From contig NW_008806283.1 in the NCBI RefSeq assembly GCF_000400465.1, forward strand, positions 20,001 to 268,000: a DNA stretch of 248,000 nucleotides, read 5' to 3'. The stretch comes from Wallemia ichthyophaga EXF-994. Taxonomy: Eukaryota > Fungi > Basidiomycota. A program made the translations under genes and the position numbers. Shown here piece by piece: positions 49,873 through 63,402 of the stretch; position 1 is the first letter of the stretch, and each line of letters opens with the position of its first letter. The notes below the pieces were generated by a model. That model ran no database searches and was not told the origin of the DNA. It worked only from the letters and a program-made list of their open reading frames with translations.

Positions 49873-51069
49873 TTAAGACAACGGATCATTAAAAATTTCA
49901 TTCAGTTCATTCATTTGCGGTAGATCATTCGGCATGTTAAAGTCTAAGAATGAGTCGTGGTGTTCTGAAGGTGGTGGTGGTTGAGTGGGTGGATTAGGAG
50001 GGTTACTTGAAGGTGCTGGTGTGTTTCCTGTATTTCCTGTATTTCCTGTATTTCCTGCGTTACCGCTGCTACCAGAATTCCCTATACCTCCTACACCACC
50101 TACACCACTCGCACTCGGCTGCTCCGCGCTGCTTGGAGTGCTGTTATGTTGCTGGTTATCGATATTCGCCAATATCTCACTTGGTGTGATGGCAGGCGAC
50201 TGATTCTCCTGCGATGGCGTCGCTCCTCCGTCGTCGTTATTGAACGATTCATCATCATCCTCCCTGGACCTCCTCTTCTTATTAATCCGCTTGTTCTGTC
50301 TGGTTACGCGCTGCTTGGGCGATTCGTCCGCTGGCGAGTATCCGTTAATTTGTGGCTGGTAGTGTGATGTGTGTTGGGCGTGTTGGGCTTGCTGTTGCTG
50401 TTGCTGAGCTTGTGCCTGCGCTTGTGCCTGTGCATGCGCTTGCACTTGTGCCTGCACTTGTGCATGCTGCAAATGGGGTGATGGTTGTGGATGGTGGCCT
50501 GGCATCGGTGGGGGCGGCATAGACGGCATTCCCATACCCATACCCATCCCCAAATTCACATTCATTCCAGGTCTCATCATTGGCGTGTTGTTTGGGTTCG
50601 GTGTATGCTGGGCATTGTTGTGTGCATTCGGCGTTCCATTTACTCCTCCTGGTCCCCCTGCTCCTCCTGCTCCACTCGCTCCTCCTACGCCCCCGGCATT
50701 TGGATGCCCCGGATATGGCCGTGGCTGTACCCTCTGCTTCATCATGTACTTCTTCTGTGAAATATCATACCGCTGTTGGAGATTATAGTTTATTTCATAG
50801 TAATTCGGTGATCTAAATTGATTTTGATACTGCAGCTCAAGATTTATCATAAACCATTCAAATAGATATGATTTCGGTGTATCTATCTTAACCGTAGGCT
50901 CTGGCAGCGCATTTTGTATCGGCTTCGATTGAGTTTCCGCGAGGAACTGCTGGGCTGTTTTGACTAAATTATTTTTATACAGATAGTCATATATGTAGCC
51001 ATTTAGTTCTTGATTCATTGAGGCAATCTGGGTGTAGGTGGGTGATCGCTCTTGATGGTTCTTGGTCAA
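49873..51069 (-). CDS. LisH-domain Q-rich regulator (Flo8/Som1-like)
   Basis: LNGYIYDYL...YLFEWF LisH/LUFS region; QAQ repeats. Confidence 0.7.
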   Translation of the reverse strand: MTKNHQERSPTYTQIASMNQELNGYIYDYLYKNNLVKTAQQFLAETQSKPIQNALPEPTVKIDTPKSYLFEWFMINLELQYQNQFRSPNYYEINYNLQQRYDISQKKYMMKQRVQPRPYPGHPNAGGVGGASGAGGAGGPGGVNGTPNAHNNAQHTPNPNNTPMMRPGMNVNLGMGMGMGMPSMPPPPMPGHHPQPSPHLQHAQVQAQVQAHAQAQAQAQAQQQQQQAQHAQHTSHYQPQINGYSPADESPKQRVTRQNKRINKKRRSREDDDESFNNDDGGATPSQENQSPAITPSEILANIDNQQHNSTPSSAEQPSASGVGGVGGIGNSGSSGNAGNTGNTGNTGNTPAPSSNPPNPPTQPPPPSEHHDSFLDFNMPNDLPQMNELNEIFNDPLS

Positions 51070-51692
51070 GTGTACAAATAATTGTTTGGGGGCTGAATTT
51101 CGAGGCTATGGGTAGCTAGTAAGGCTTGCAGTAATCGCAAACTTCTAAAATCCTTACATCTCCACTTTCTCACCCGATTCGGCGCCGTTTTCAACTGCTC
51201 GGAGGTCGGACGAGCATGACGAAATCGTACTGAATATAGACACATAAACAAACACACAAATATACAAAATACTTATACAGACTTGCAAACTCTATGCCGT
51301 TTTCATACTTCGGTAGCACTTGCTGATATCGTTCGGATTTGTGGAGGTGTTCGAGTGGAGTACGTTGAGTCGTTGGATCTTGTTTAGTCGACTGCACGGG
51401 AGGCTGGAGAGTGAAATTAATGCACACACACATACACAGCACGCAGCATACAGTACAAGAAAAGTGTAGCAAAAAAATCATGTATACGAGTAAGTTTAGG
51501 TTTAAGTGCAACTTTCAGTGCAAGTCTGTCCCTCCTCCTGAAGAACTGAGCTTGCAAATGCCAAACAGAGTTGAGTGAGAGAGAAAATGGCAGCGTCCGA
51601 GATTTGTACAGATGAAAACGAGGCGATGAGCTGATGAACTGCTGAGAAGAGCAGAGAGAATGAAAAGAATCTAATAAAATCACAACACCACT

Positions 51693-52931
51693 CTACTGCG
51701 TTGGATTGTAATACGCCATTGTAGCGTTCCCCGCGTTAGGATCGGTTGGGTTAGAATTGGCGACGATATCGTCCGTGGCGAGCGCGAGCAGGCGAGACTG
51801 AAGACTCCCTGCATCCATATCGCCTTCGTTGCTAATAAGGGTAGCGAGCAACCCGCTCACGATAGGTGCCGACATGCTACTACCGCTGAGGTAGAGGGTA
51901 GCCTGATCGTCTGCGTTACCCGCCGACAGAATATCGACACCAGGAGCGTAAAGACCGACGCAATCCCCATAGCTCGAGAACGGAGCACGAGTGTCGTCGA
52001 TATTGGACGCTGCCACCGTGATAGCGGAGCTGACTCTGGCTGGCGACGAAGCGCAAGCGTCTTCATTATAATTACCAGAAGCAACTACGAAATGAACTCC
52101 GGCGGCAGTAGCGCTGCTTACGATGCTATCCATAGCATTGCTCGCAGGGCCTCCAAGACTGAGAGAAGCAATGCTAGGTCTGTCAGAGTTCTTAGCAGCA
52201 TTTGCCGCCCAATTAACACCAGCGAGTACATCACTCGCCTTGCCTTGCCCATCAGCGTTGAGAACCTTGACGCTGATCAGCGACGCTTCTTTCGCCGTCC
52301 CGTAGGTGGCACCGCCGATGAGGGCGGCGACGTGCGTACCGTGGTGCACCTGGTCCGTGCCATCGCCTGATGTGCCGTTGTAGCCATAAGATGCGCGGCC
52401 GCCGAATTCGGTGTGCGATGTACGGATGCCTGTGTCGATCACATACACATCCACTCCAGCTCCCGCGCCAGTCCAGCTGTATGTGTAGTCTTGCGCATGG
52501 GGCGACGCATCCGCTGGCAGTGCATTGCGCTGGTTTACCCGCTGCAGATTCCACGTCGCATCGCTCTGCGTCGCGTACGCTTCAACTGGCACATCCTCCT
52601 CCATGTCGGCTATGTCTGCGAGGAGGGTGTCGAATAGGTTGCCGAGCAGCTGCAAAGGTGTGTTAGAATTTTTCTGTAGTGCGCAGCAATTTCAACTCAC
52701 CCCACTTCCCATAGACAGGGCGTAGCCGTTGAAAAAACCATCGTACTTGTGGTTGATGGTGCTGTGCTCTCCGAGTAGCCCCTCGAGCATGCTATAGTGG
52801 GCATTTTGGTCGGTGTCTTCTTTGAAACTCATTATGTAGTTCCCTTCACTCACTCCTCCGCCAAGGCTCAGGCTGTCGAGAAGACTGGCACTGGCAGCGG
52901 CTGCGAGTGTGAGGATGAATGGAATGCGCAT
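51693..52931 (-). CDS. Secreted subtilisin (S8) with I9 propeptide
   Basis: YVIDTGI, HGTHVA, LSGSSMSAP catalytic triad; signal MRIPFILTLAAAA. Confidence 0.9.
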
Positions 52932-53099
52932 CGGTTGTTTCTGATGTTTTGAAGGGAGTAATGGAAGCAATGGGAGCAATACGAGCAATATCAGTAATTC
53001 AATTAAACCGCAGTGCAATTTAACCGAACCAGCCGTCACGTCACGTATTAATTTTATCCTTATTGGGAAAGTGATATGCATAATAAATAAGGCGTGAGC

Positions 53100-53572
53100 A
53101 GCGCTAGATGTTTCCAAGCGTGATTTGGAGGTATCCTATATGGTGCTGCGGAAACAGGAAAAACTTCACTACAATGCTTGCAAAGACAACAATTCTCACA
53201 CAGTCGAACCGAGACCCACGATTCCCATTGGTACCGCAAACCCCTTGGCTTGGCCACTGCCCTGGATTTGTCTCTTCTGACGGTATTGATCATGTTGTGC
53301 GCCAGGAGCATCCATCCAGCTATGAGGGACGGGCGCACCATTAGTTCCGGATGCTCCCGATACCTCCGACTTTCCAAACAACTTCTTCAATTTGAGTATA
53401 AATTTGCTCGGTTTCTTCCAAGTAGTCGTTGGTGGATCGACGTTGTCTTAATATTTCCCTCAAGTCAGAAACGAAACATCAACACAAAAACACACCTACA
53501 ATTAACGTAATAGTATCGATTAGTAGTGTAGTCAAATAATTTATTCCATCCAGCGGGCAGTGAAGGTGACAT
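53100..53572 (-). CDS. Small WW-domain protein, multi-exon; 3' end uncertain
   Basis: MSPSLPAGWNKLFDYTTNRYYYVN. Confidence 0.5.
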
Positions 53573-53585
53573 TAGCGGTGTTGAA

Positions 53586-55325
53586 TTATACGAGAGAAGA
53601 TGAACGTTCGGTGATGACGAAAGGTTCTGGTGAGATGGGCGAGTTGACGCCTGAGGTGTAATCGAAGAAGGTGGTGTTGGTGTTATTATGACCGCTGAGA
53701 TCCAGTCTCGGTGGGACATGCACACCTCTCCTGACTTCCTCCGCCAGCAGCAGAGTCTCTTCCGTAGAATCAGGCTGCTTGTTGTAACGCGGTGGGCCTT
53801 CCTCATCCTCCACCTGCGTCCCTTCGTCCGTGTACAGCTGGCTATATGCGGGCAACTGTGAGGGTGGAAGGAGACCTTTGCTTTTGAGTAGAGCCAAGCG
53901 CTGCGCTTGCACTTCGAGCATGCTATCGTTCGAGCGTCTGCTGAACCACACCGGTATGGTAATGTCAATGCTCTCCCCCCGCCATTCACCGTCTCCGGGA
54001 ATCTTGCGCACAATATTGAGTATAAGCCGCAGCGCGTGTCTTATTTTTACATACGGCGTCTCGCAGTCAGGGTAAGGGGATGAGGTGGCAGCGTGTGAGT
54101 GTGAATGTGGGTGCTTGTCCGAGTCAGTTTCAGTGTTGTTGTGTAGCTCCTGACCCTTTGTCTGACCTCCCTCACGCTCCCCCTTGGTGGGCATGGGCAA
54201 GGTGAGGGCGATGCGTGCGGTGAGCTTCCCCCCAATATCTACGCCCTCCTCACCGAACGTATGCGTCGCAAAAGCCGCTGTGGCAGGCGGGGGACCTACG
54301 CCACGTGCGACTAGGCGTGAGCGCGTGTAGGATGTGGGGACACTGCTTATCCCAAGCGTGTTAGCTATATCGCTCAGCGCGTGTTCCTGGTATGCGTGAG
54401 CAAACGGGATGAGTGGGTATTGCGGTGGTTGGCATTGTGGGAGCGGGTATGTGGCTAGATAGCGTTGACGTGGTTCTGAAGTGTAGTGTATCTCCTCGAT
54501 GCAGCCAAGTTGGAGACTTTCGAGACGCGCCTGTGTCGCGTGACCATTTCCATTTCCATTTCCACCTGCATTGCGCCTGCTCCCATTATCACCGCTTTCA
54601 CAATTATCGCCCTCCTCATCACTCACAAGCCCCGTAAATATATCCAACTTGAGCTCGTCGTCGTCGGTGAAATACCACATGGGCGTCTTGATCCCAATAC
54701 GCACGGGTTTGAAGTCGCGTGTGTCGTGTGTGGGGCATTGCGACTTTATGTTGTGCACGCGTGAGCGGAGGTGCTGATTGCGGTGGCGGCTGATGAATAT
54801 CTCACACTCAGGCGCGAGCACAGTGTGTTTCTTGATGGAGTTGTTGAGAGGCCAGAGGAGCGAGTTGCGTTTGTTCTCAGCAGCTTCAACGGTGGACTCC
54901 ATCTTTGCGAATAAGGAGTAAGAGGTACGTGAGGATGGCAGGGACATACTTGGTGGCAGCCAGCCATTCAAACGTAGATCAAAGACGACAGAAACGTTGA
55001 TTGGGTGTTCTGAGTCATTCTCGAAAGTGGAAGGCTCGCTGCCCCGCTTAATGATCTGGTCAGAATTGTGAGCTAGGCGGTGAGAACTGAGTCTGCCTTC
55101 AGCATCGCTGTACTGGGAGCAGCCTTGGAAGGTGACAGAGAGCGAGTGTATCCGGAGCTTCTTGCGCTGTAGAGGAGGGATAGAAATGATTATATTGCCA
55201 GAAAGGCTGTACTGCGAGCACGTTCTGGTGGTTCCATGCATGCTGATATGATTCGAATCAGGGATGAGGCTGATATTCATGTTGGGTGGATTGCTTGGGT
55301 TGTTATAATACGAGAACTCATACAT
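53586..55325 (-). CDS. Arrestin-like protein with PY motifs
   Basis: LSGNIIISIP...SLSVTFQG arrestin-N; LPAYSQLY, PPRY. Confidence 0.55.
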   Translation of the reverse strand: MYEFSYYNNPSNPPNMNISLIPDSNHISMHGTTRTCSQYSLSGNIIISIPPLQRKKLRIHSLSVTFQGCSQYSDAEGRLSSHRLAHNSDQIIKRGSEPSTFENDSEHPINVSVVFDLRLNGWLPPSMSLPSSRTSYSLFAKMESTVEAAENKRNSLLWPLNNSIKKHTVLAPECEIFISRHRNQHLRSRVHNIKSQCPTHDTRDFKPVRIGIKTPMWYFTDDDELKLDIFTGLVSDEEGDNCESGDNGSRRNAGGNGNGNGHATQARLESLQLGCIEEIHYTSEPRQRYLATYPLPQCQPPQYPLIPFAHAYQEHALSDIANTLGISSVPTSYTRSRLVARGVGPPPATAAFATHTFGEEGVDIGGKLTARIALTLPMPTKGEREGGQTKGQELHNNTETDSDKHPHSHSHAATSSPYPDCETPYVKIRHALRLILNIVRKIPGDGEWRGESIDITIPVWFSRRSNDSMLEVQAQRLALLKSKGLLPPSQLPAYSQLYTDEGTQVEDEEGPPRYNKQPDSTEETLLLAEEVRRGVHVPPRLDLSGHNNTNTTFFDYTSGVNSPISPEPFVITERSSSLV

Positions 55326-55556
55326 AAGATAAATAAATCAGCCAAGCGCGTGCTGACAGCTATGCACGCGTCGACAGCCCATACGTACGTCAACCAATCT
55401 CCGCGTTGACAGCGAGATTGGAATTTAAAATAACAGTGTACAATACACATACGATTTATTTGAGTGAAATAATTTTCATTTTCAGAGCCACAGCCATGGC
55501 CCTATTAGCGTGTCTCTCACCCACTCAGCCAACACAAAAAAACTCAAACAAACGCA

Positions 55557-56291
<735 letters not shown>

Positions 56292-56429
56292 GTTAAATAC
56301 ACTTTATACCCTCTTTTCTTTCCATTCTCACAAATTTTCACAATATTCAATCTTTTAATCTTTTTTTGTTAAATGATTACATTCTAATATTCTTATTTAA
56401 CACATTATAAAGCCTACACGGCTCTTTCT

Positions 56430-56707
56430 TTCGCTGACATGGCCTGGATTACATGTTAGCTGGTCATAGCTACCGTAAGACAACCCACCTCCATCTTCTC
56501 TCTCTCCTTTCTATTGTGATCCACTTTCCTCTTAAGATCTGGCGACAGCTTGTTGTACAGCTCCTCGTCGCTCGGCGTGAGTCCAACCATCAATCCATAT
56601 CCACTTCCCATGACTTTTGGCAATAAGCAACAAACACACAGCACACAGCTTACCCACTCACTCACGCTACTCCAGAATGCCCAACGTCCCCAAGCTATTT
56701 TAACCAT
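56430..56707 (-). CDS. Cbp4-like cytochrome bc1 assembly factor
   Basis: W.RW...GSGYGLMVGLTPSDEELYNKLSPDL. Confidence 0.6.
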
Positions 56708-56752
56708 TTGAGCGTATCAGATGAGGGTAATTTGTACACGCTATCAAATCAT

Positions 56753-57577
56753 TTATCTTGTTTGTACCTTTGCAAGCTCAACGATTGCAGCTCTAGCGAC
56801 AATATGGTCAAGTAAGCCACTTGGGAGGCCAGAGATGGATACTGCCCCAATTGGTCCAGCCACTCCCTTGATATTGATGGGAAATGAACCACCATCTGCG
56901 CTGAAAGACGGGAACTTATTCTCTGTAAATGCATTCATTGTATTCGTCGCCTTCACTTTCATCTTCTCCTGCGACTCCTTAATACGCAAATTGCGCATGA
57001 CAACACGCCCAGTTGGCCCATCTTCAAACACCACCGATGGGAAAACCGCAGAAATGAGATCTTGCAGCTCCTTCCTCGTCATGACTTTAACGCCTGTAAA
57101 ATTCATAAACTGCTGGTACGCCTCGACAAATTCAGTGAGGGGTACTGCGCTGTCACCGTTGAGATCCTCGCACAGAAGCGCATTGAGATACTCAGTGCTA
57201 CGTGCTGGTTCCGAGTTTATCCCTCTTATCACTCCAATTTCCCCATCGGGAAGTGTGTACCTTCCAACGGCGTGGTGCTTCGCTATCAGCGCTTGTCCGT
57301 AGAGATAAGACGACTGGTGGTATTTCTTGCTGATTGCAAGCTTGCCATTCAGCCAATCGTAGTTGGCTGGCGTCACCTCACCGAGAACCCCAGAAGCCAA
57401 CTCTATCCCGTTGAACAAACGCACCGCAAACACTATCCCACTCCCCTCAAAGTTGAAACTGCGGATCGTGTCGGCGATGAACCACGCATCGACACTGTCG
57501 AATTTGTTCAGCGCTATCTTGTCATCTGCTTTCAGTTGCGCGAGTGTTGGGTTGTATTGCTGCTGCTTTACATTCAT
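56753..57577 (-). CDS. UPF0303/GlcG-like heme-binding family protein with an internal insertion
   Basis: KFDSVDAW, NYDWLNGK, SSYLYG, DGGSFPI, GAVSISGLP. Confidence 0.6.
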   Translation of the reverse strand: MNVKQQQYNPTLAQLKADDKIALNKFDSVDAWFIADTIRSFNFEGSGIVFAVRLFNGIELASGVLGEVTPANYDWLNGKLAISKKYHQSSYLYGQALIAKHHAVGRYTLPDGEIGVIRGINSEPARSTEYLNALLCEDLNGDSAVPLTEFVEAYQQFMNFTGVKVMTRKELQDLISAVFPSVVFEDGPTGRVVMRNLRIKESQEKMKVKATNTMNAFTENKFPSFSADGGSFPINIKGVAGPIGAVSISGLPSGLLDHIVARAAIVELAKVQTR

Positions 57578-57759
57578 TGCTGTGGAAAGTGAGTGTGTGG
57601 AGTGATGCGTCTTCTGAGTTTGTGTGTGAGTGTGCGTTATGAACAGGTGATGTGGGCACGTCCACCACTACTGATAAGCTATCGTTACCCGAGCAACCCG
57701 ACGAGTGAACCCAACTTAGAAAAAATAAATGAATATCAATTGGCTAACAAAAGTCCTTA

Positions 57760-60700
57760 GTTGTAAACTTGTAATGGATGTAAATGATCGGCATTAAAGA
57801 GGAAATTACCAGACATGTCCTCGGCTATTTGTAATCTCGTTAGCACACATATAATATCTTTATTATCCACTCACTCTCTAAAAACTTGGTAGGGTACACC
57901 ACCAAATTCCCCTTGAGCCGATTAAGCAGCTTCTCCATTGCGTCGATTTCACTCCTCGTATACCCTCCAGATTCAGCCGTCATACTTCCATTACGCATAT
58001 TTCTCCGGCTTCTCTGTGGCTTTTGCGCATGTGTATCGTCTTCCCCATTACTCCCACTACCCGCACTCGTCATCCCATTCAAATACTTAGAAGACGTCCC
58101 GCTGTTTGACCTCTCCATACTCTCCTCCACGATCGGCTTCTTGTGTTTCTCAGCCATCATGCTGAAGTTCTTGAACTGCCTCCAAGTAGTCACCGTATCA
58201 TCTGGCGTGCAATGGAACACTTTGCGATAGATTTCCGTGTTATATATCGCTGAAGCTATCCAAATGTCCTCAAAGAATTCCTCCGAACACGGATCCACAA
58301 AACTATCCTTATCGAAATCTGGTCCTAGGAATGGCATAGAATAGGTATTGCCTCTTGTCAGTGCCTGCGTCGATCTCCTACTGCGGCGCTCGTTCGTTAT
58401 CGCCGAACTAGTAGTACTGAATCCTCTCGACCGAGTCCGCCTCTCAAGGTTACTGCCACCGCTCTTGTCAGCCGCAGATACAGCCTCCCCATTCTCACGT
58501 TTATCCGCTTGGTCCTGCTCCACCTTTTTCGCTATACTCCCATCTTCCGCCATCTCCCCCTTGATTTCGTGATAAGACTTTTTTAGCGCACTCTGCAACC
58601 TGTCTATTGGATCAGTTATTTGCAGATCCTCTGCTGCTACATTAGTAGGGTGTCTGTCGTCCTTTGTATGCACGTGGTCGTGCTCAGGCGCCCAGTAATT
58701 AGTTCCTTCAGTATTTGCGATCCCTGGCGTGTTAGGATCGGTTGGTCCAGCTGGGGGTGCTGAATTTGTTGATTCAGCTGCTGCTGCTTCTGCTGCTCTC
58801 CCCTTAGCCATCTGCTCATTCATATGAAGGTCGTCGACATCAATACCGAGATGCTCTCTCATCAATCTTATTCTCAAAGTGTGATTAAATCTCCCAACTT
58901 TGTACGGTCTGCCAGCCATCTCTGAATCTATCATATCAGTGTCGCGGATAATGGAAGCTAACTCCGAATCTCTGTCACCGCGCTGACTGCGCTCGTTGAT
59001 ATTTGCACTTCCTATTATTGTCAATCGATCATCGACAGTCATCGTCTTGGCGTGAATGTAAAGAATCTCCGAAGTGAGGTTACCTGATTTGAATTTACCC
59101 CAGTTGCGCAAACTGAAGAAGGTTATGTAGTCGTCAGGATCAATACCCTCCTTGCGAAGTCTAGCAAAGATCGATTGTGCACCGCGACAGATGGATCTGT
59201 TCTGACAGTCAACGATCAGTCTTACAGATGAAGCTGCAGGGTTGTCTACCGACTGGGAATAGCCTGGCATGAGAGGAATAATGATACAGGCCCTCCACGT
59301 TGTGTTCTCGCGATGTGCGCGAATGATGCGGTTCACTAAAGCATCCCCAATCTGATTCTCAATCACTGTAGTATCCACAATGGTGGATGTAACAAAGAAT
59401 TGATTTTCGATATAGACAAAGTGTTCACTTTTCTGTATCGCCTTGACGTAGGCATTTTGAATCGAGTGCTCGATCTTATCAGGTGTTCCAATCGACCATG
59501 GTCCACAAGAGCGACATATTTGCATCTCGAGTGTACCATTCATCTTTTGCATTTCGAGATCACGGTTGCTGAGGTCGTTTGGTGGTAACAGGAAGGGAAG
59601 CTCGCGACTGTGGTGCTTTGTTCGCAAAAGATAGTTCCAGCGCTGAATGAAGTGGCGCGAAAGATCACGCGCTGGTTGACCAATAAGCTGCAAGCCCACA
59701 TCATGCCATGGCATGCGAGGCGTAGTGCTTCTATCGAACATATCCTCGTATGGCTTGTTGAGGTCGCGGAAATCAGATACACCTGGTATTGAAATAAGTT
59801 TGACATCAACACCATTTACTTTTCAACTTACGTGCATTCGAGTAGTCTTTTCCTGGCCAGATATATTCATCTCCGTTTTCACCTCCCTCATCGACACAAA
59901 TGTGCTGTGGAGTGTCCCATCTACCGAAACAAAGATCTAAGCCACCCATAAATACCATTGTCTGATCAACTACACATAGCTTTTCGTGGTGCGAGAAGTA
60001 CAATACACCTGTGGTGATATGTGAAGGAGATCTCTGAACCATGATGTTCTCATTCAACGAACGCAGTTTTTGTTTCGTGTAGTTTGAGTCGATAGGCGTA
60101 AACTCATTTGAGACTTCTCTATACACAATAACGTAAATTTTGACGCCTTCTGCTGCTTTCCTTTGAAGGAGATTTGTAAGGGTCCATTTAGGATGACCTG
60201 GCCTGCGCAGCTGCAGCTCAGGCGATAACCACCAATCGTGAATATATATACTTTCCCGGGCTAATGAAACTGCACGAGACAGCTGCCAGAAGTAGTCGCG
60301 TCCATCAATAAGCCATTGTGCACTGACGTTGAGACGAACTGGTGCGAATGAGTCAAATCTGTGAATCTTTGACCATAGTGTGTTATTTTTCATCATCATC
60401 ATGCTCTGGATAAACTGTTCCATTTGTCTTTCGTTTTTTGCTACGAGCTTCATCCTTCTTTCTGCATTGCGGATATAGAATGTGTGTGTTGAGGTATCTT
60501 TAGTCTTGCTCTTTTTCACTTCATTTGAGACGGCGAATTGAGGGTCAGAATCAACGGCATGCTCATTTATATTCTGCTGCTGCTGCTGCTCCAATCTAGC
60601 TTCCTCAACACTATCGTCACGATCATGTTCTTGTGAGCTTGATGGACGTGTTTCAGTGCTCTTCATCGTATCTAACCTGGAATCCTTAGGTTGAGAAACT

Positions 60701-62325
60701 TGGCGTGAGTGAGAGTGACTGTGCAAGTGAGGATGATGGTGCTGAAGGAATGCCTCACCCTCGATAAATGGCGCTCTAATTGCATTAGCTGTTTGTCTGT
60801 AGTATCTTTTTGGCCTTTCGATGGAAAAGTCACTATCAATCAAGAAGACGTCATAAACACTTATTGAATGGGCATCCTCGACGCATACCAAGTAGTCGTC
60901 TCTGACAATCCACCACTTTGGTTCACGCAACTTCTTAATGCTTATCGCCGAAACAATCGATGGTTGTGCAGAGAGTCTACCGCAGTTATTTGACATGATG
61001 CGCAGGTAACCGGCTTTACCTTGACTACCGCCATTCTGGATCAAGCAGACTGTAAGTGCTGAGAACTCAAAGAATCTACAAATGCGGTTGGCGGAGGATG
61101 AGAACATTGTGGCACGGATAAGGTCAATGAGGTAGTTTTGTAATGAATCTCTTTGCATTCTAGCGAAATCCGACTTGGAGAGTTCTTTACCTTTGAGTCT
61201 GCCCTCCCTTTTGAGTAAGTTAAAGTAGGGTAAGCTTGTTTTTGGGAATTCTGGTAAGCCATCCATCGCTCTTCTGACTGAGGCGACGCGGAAGTGGGTA
61301 TGTAGACTAACAAAGTCACGTAGTTCGCGATAAATGGTCCATCTTAGGTTGGAATCACCGTACTGACACTGATAAAGGATGTGAGATGTGTAAATAGGGT
61401 AATTCTTCAAATTAGCGCACCTCAATTCTAAACATAGCGTGAGTGTTGGAGAGTGGATGAACACTATCGCTGACTCTAATTTTTAAGTGATGGAGAAATA
61501 CAGGTATACGTGGAGAGTGATGCTCATCGCGATCGAGAGCCATTTTGAGCATCACAGCGGGTAACATACCATACATGCACTCAGTGACCAAGTCAACTTC
61601 AGCGCCAGTACGTGGTTGTATAGATTTATGACCAATGATCTTTGATTTGATAGCAGCCCAACGGTGCTTACCAGATTTATCATTCTTGTCGTTGTAAGAA
61701 GACCTCCTTGATATCTGGGTGGTAGCATTCTGAAGGCGTGGATAATCTGAGCTGTTTTCCTTCTTTTTCTGGACAGTGTCATCCTGAGACATTGACCTAA
61801 CTTGTGCTTTGTTTTTTTTCTTTTTTGCGGGTTTTGGGGAGGGATCTTCATCCTCCCACTCGCTGGAAGACTCTAAACCGATAGAGGAAGAGCGTGACTG
61901 CTGTGCTGAGTAAACGCCTTTCATTTCATTCTGATTTGGAGCGAACTTTTTAGCGAAAGGGTCGTCTTCTTTACCCGCGAGAGAAGTGGGAGTATCAGGC
62001 ATATTAAGCAAAAGTCTAGCGCGTGGGTTTGGATGCTGCGAGGTGCCTGCGTATGAGCTCATTGAGAGCGTAGGCGAGGGACGTGAGGAGGAAGGACGCG
62101 AGTGTTTTGTAGATTTCATCGGATCCTTTGTATCTAGTGGGGGAAGCGGGGGTGACAGCTTTCCAGAGGACAGCTTCTCTGGCTCTTCGTGTCTGTGGAG
62201 TGTGAGCCCGTCATCGTGCAAATCCACGAGAGCTCAACCCACAACGGCAATTGTGTGAGAGTGTTGTCTCTATCATCAATCTGCGTCTTCTGAAGCTCCA
62301 GCGTTAAGTCCGCAAGCTTGGTCAT
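57760..62325 (-). CDS. SPO14: Phospholipase D (PX-PH-HKD)
   Basis: SHHEKLCVVD and YIHAKTMTVD HKD motifs; RMPWHDV. Confidence 0.92.
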
Positions 62326-62390
62326 CGCCGTGAGTGATCAAGACGCAACCCGCTCTGGGACGCACCACCACGCGCCACCAAGCCATTTGA

Positions 62391-63310
62391 ATGAGAAAAT
62401 TACTTAAATACGATGAAATACCCGCGTGGATAAAGGACAATCAGTTTATTACGCACGGATATCGCCCTGTCTCCCATTCCATCCGCAATTCACTCTCATC
62501 GATATTCGATAGCATTCACAACGAATCTGGTGGGAATAATTACATGGCAATTACTCCATCTAACTCCTACGGCTAGTGAACATACACTCACACCTTTGGG
62601 GTGCTGCTTTCTTCGTGTTTTGCTTGTTTGCCTTGTCAACCGATACGAAACACCAAAACTATTCGTGGAAAGACTACGTGGGGTTCTCCACTTTCATCTT
62701 ATCCGCAATCACCTGCCTCTCTTTCTCCTTTCTCTACCACACTTTCTCTAACCACTCAAAAACACTCGCAAACACTTGGCACGCTTTAGATTACGCTGGT
62801 ATATGCATCCTCATAGCCGGCAGCTTCATCCCTTCCATCTATTACGGCTTCTATTGCTCCCCTACATCCCAGCTCCTCTACATGGCTGCTATGCTCATCG
62901 CTTCCTCTGTCGCTCTCTACATTGTTCTCCACCCCCATTACCGCAGACCTTCTTTCAGGAAGGCGCGCACTAGTGTTTTTATAGCTCTTGGCCTATCCTC
63001 TATCCTCCCTATTGTCCATGCCCTTTACATGGACGGCCTCGACGTCCTCCGTCGAACTATAGCCCTTGACTACGTCCTCGCTTCTGGCAGCATGTACATC
63101 ATCGGCGCTCTCATCTACGCTGCTCGCTTTCCAGAGGCTTATTTCACTCATCGCAACTTCTCTTACTACGGCGCTTCTCATCAGATCTTCCACCTCTTTG
63201 TCGTCGCTGCGGCTGTGTGCCACTACTTTTCCATCCTTTCCTCGCAGTCCTTTTACAGCGACCCCGAGTTCGATTACTGTTCCAGGTATGTACACAACTG
63301 GCAAATGTAA
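62391..63310 (+). CDS. PAQR/Izh (hemolysin III) membrane protein
   Basis: NQFITHGYRP, NIHSH, ALDYAGI, SHQIFHLFV. Confidence 0.9.
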
Positions 63311-63402
63311 TTCATACACCTACGCATGAAATGTGGATTATTTACAAAACAAAAAGAAAAAAAAAGAAAAAAAGGAATTCATTTTATGTACAAGGTATCA
63401 TT

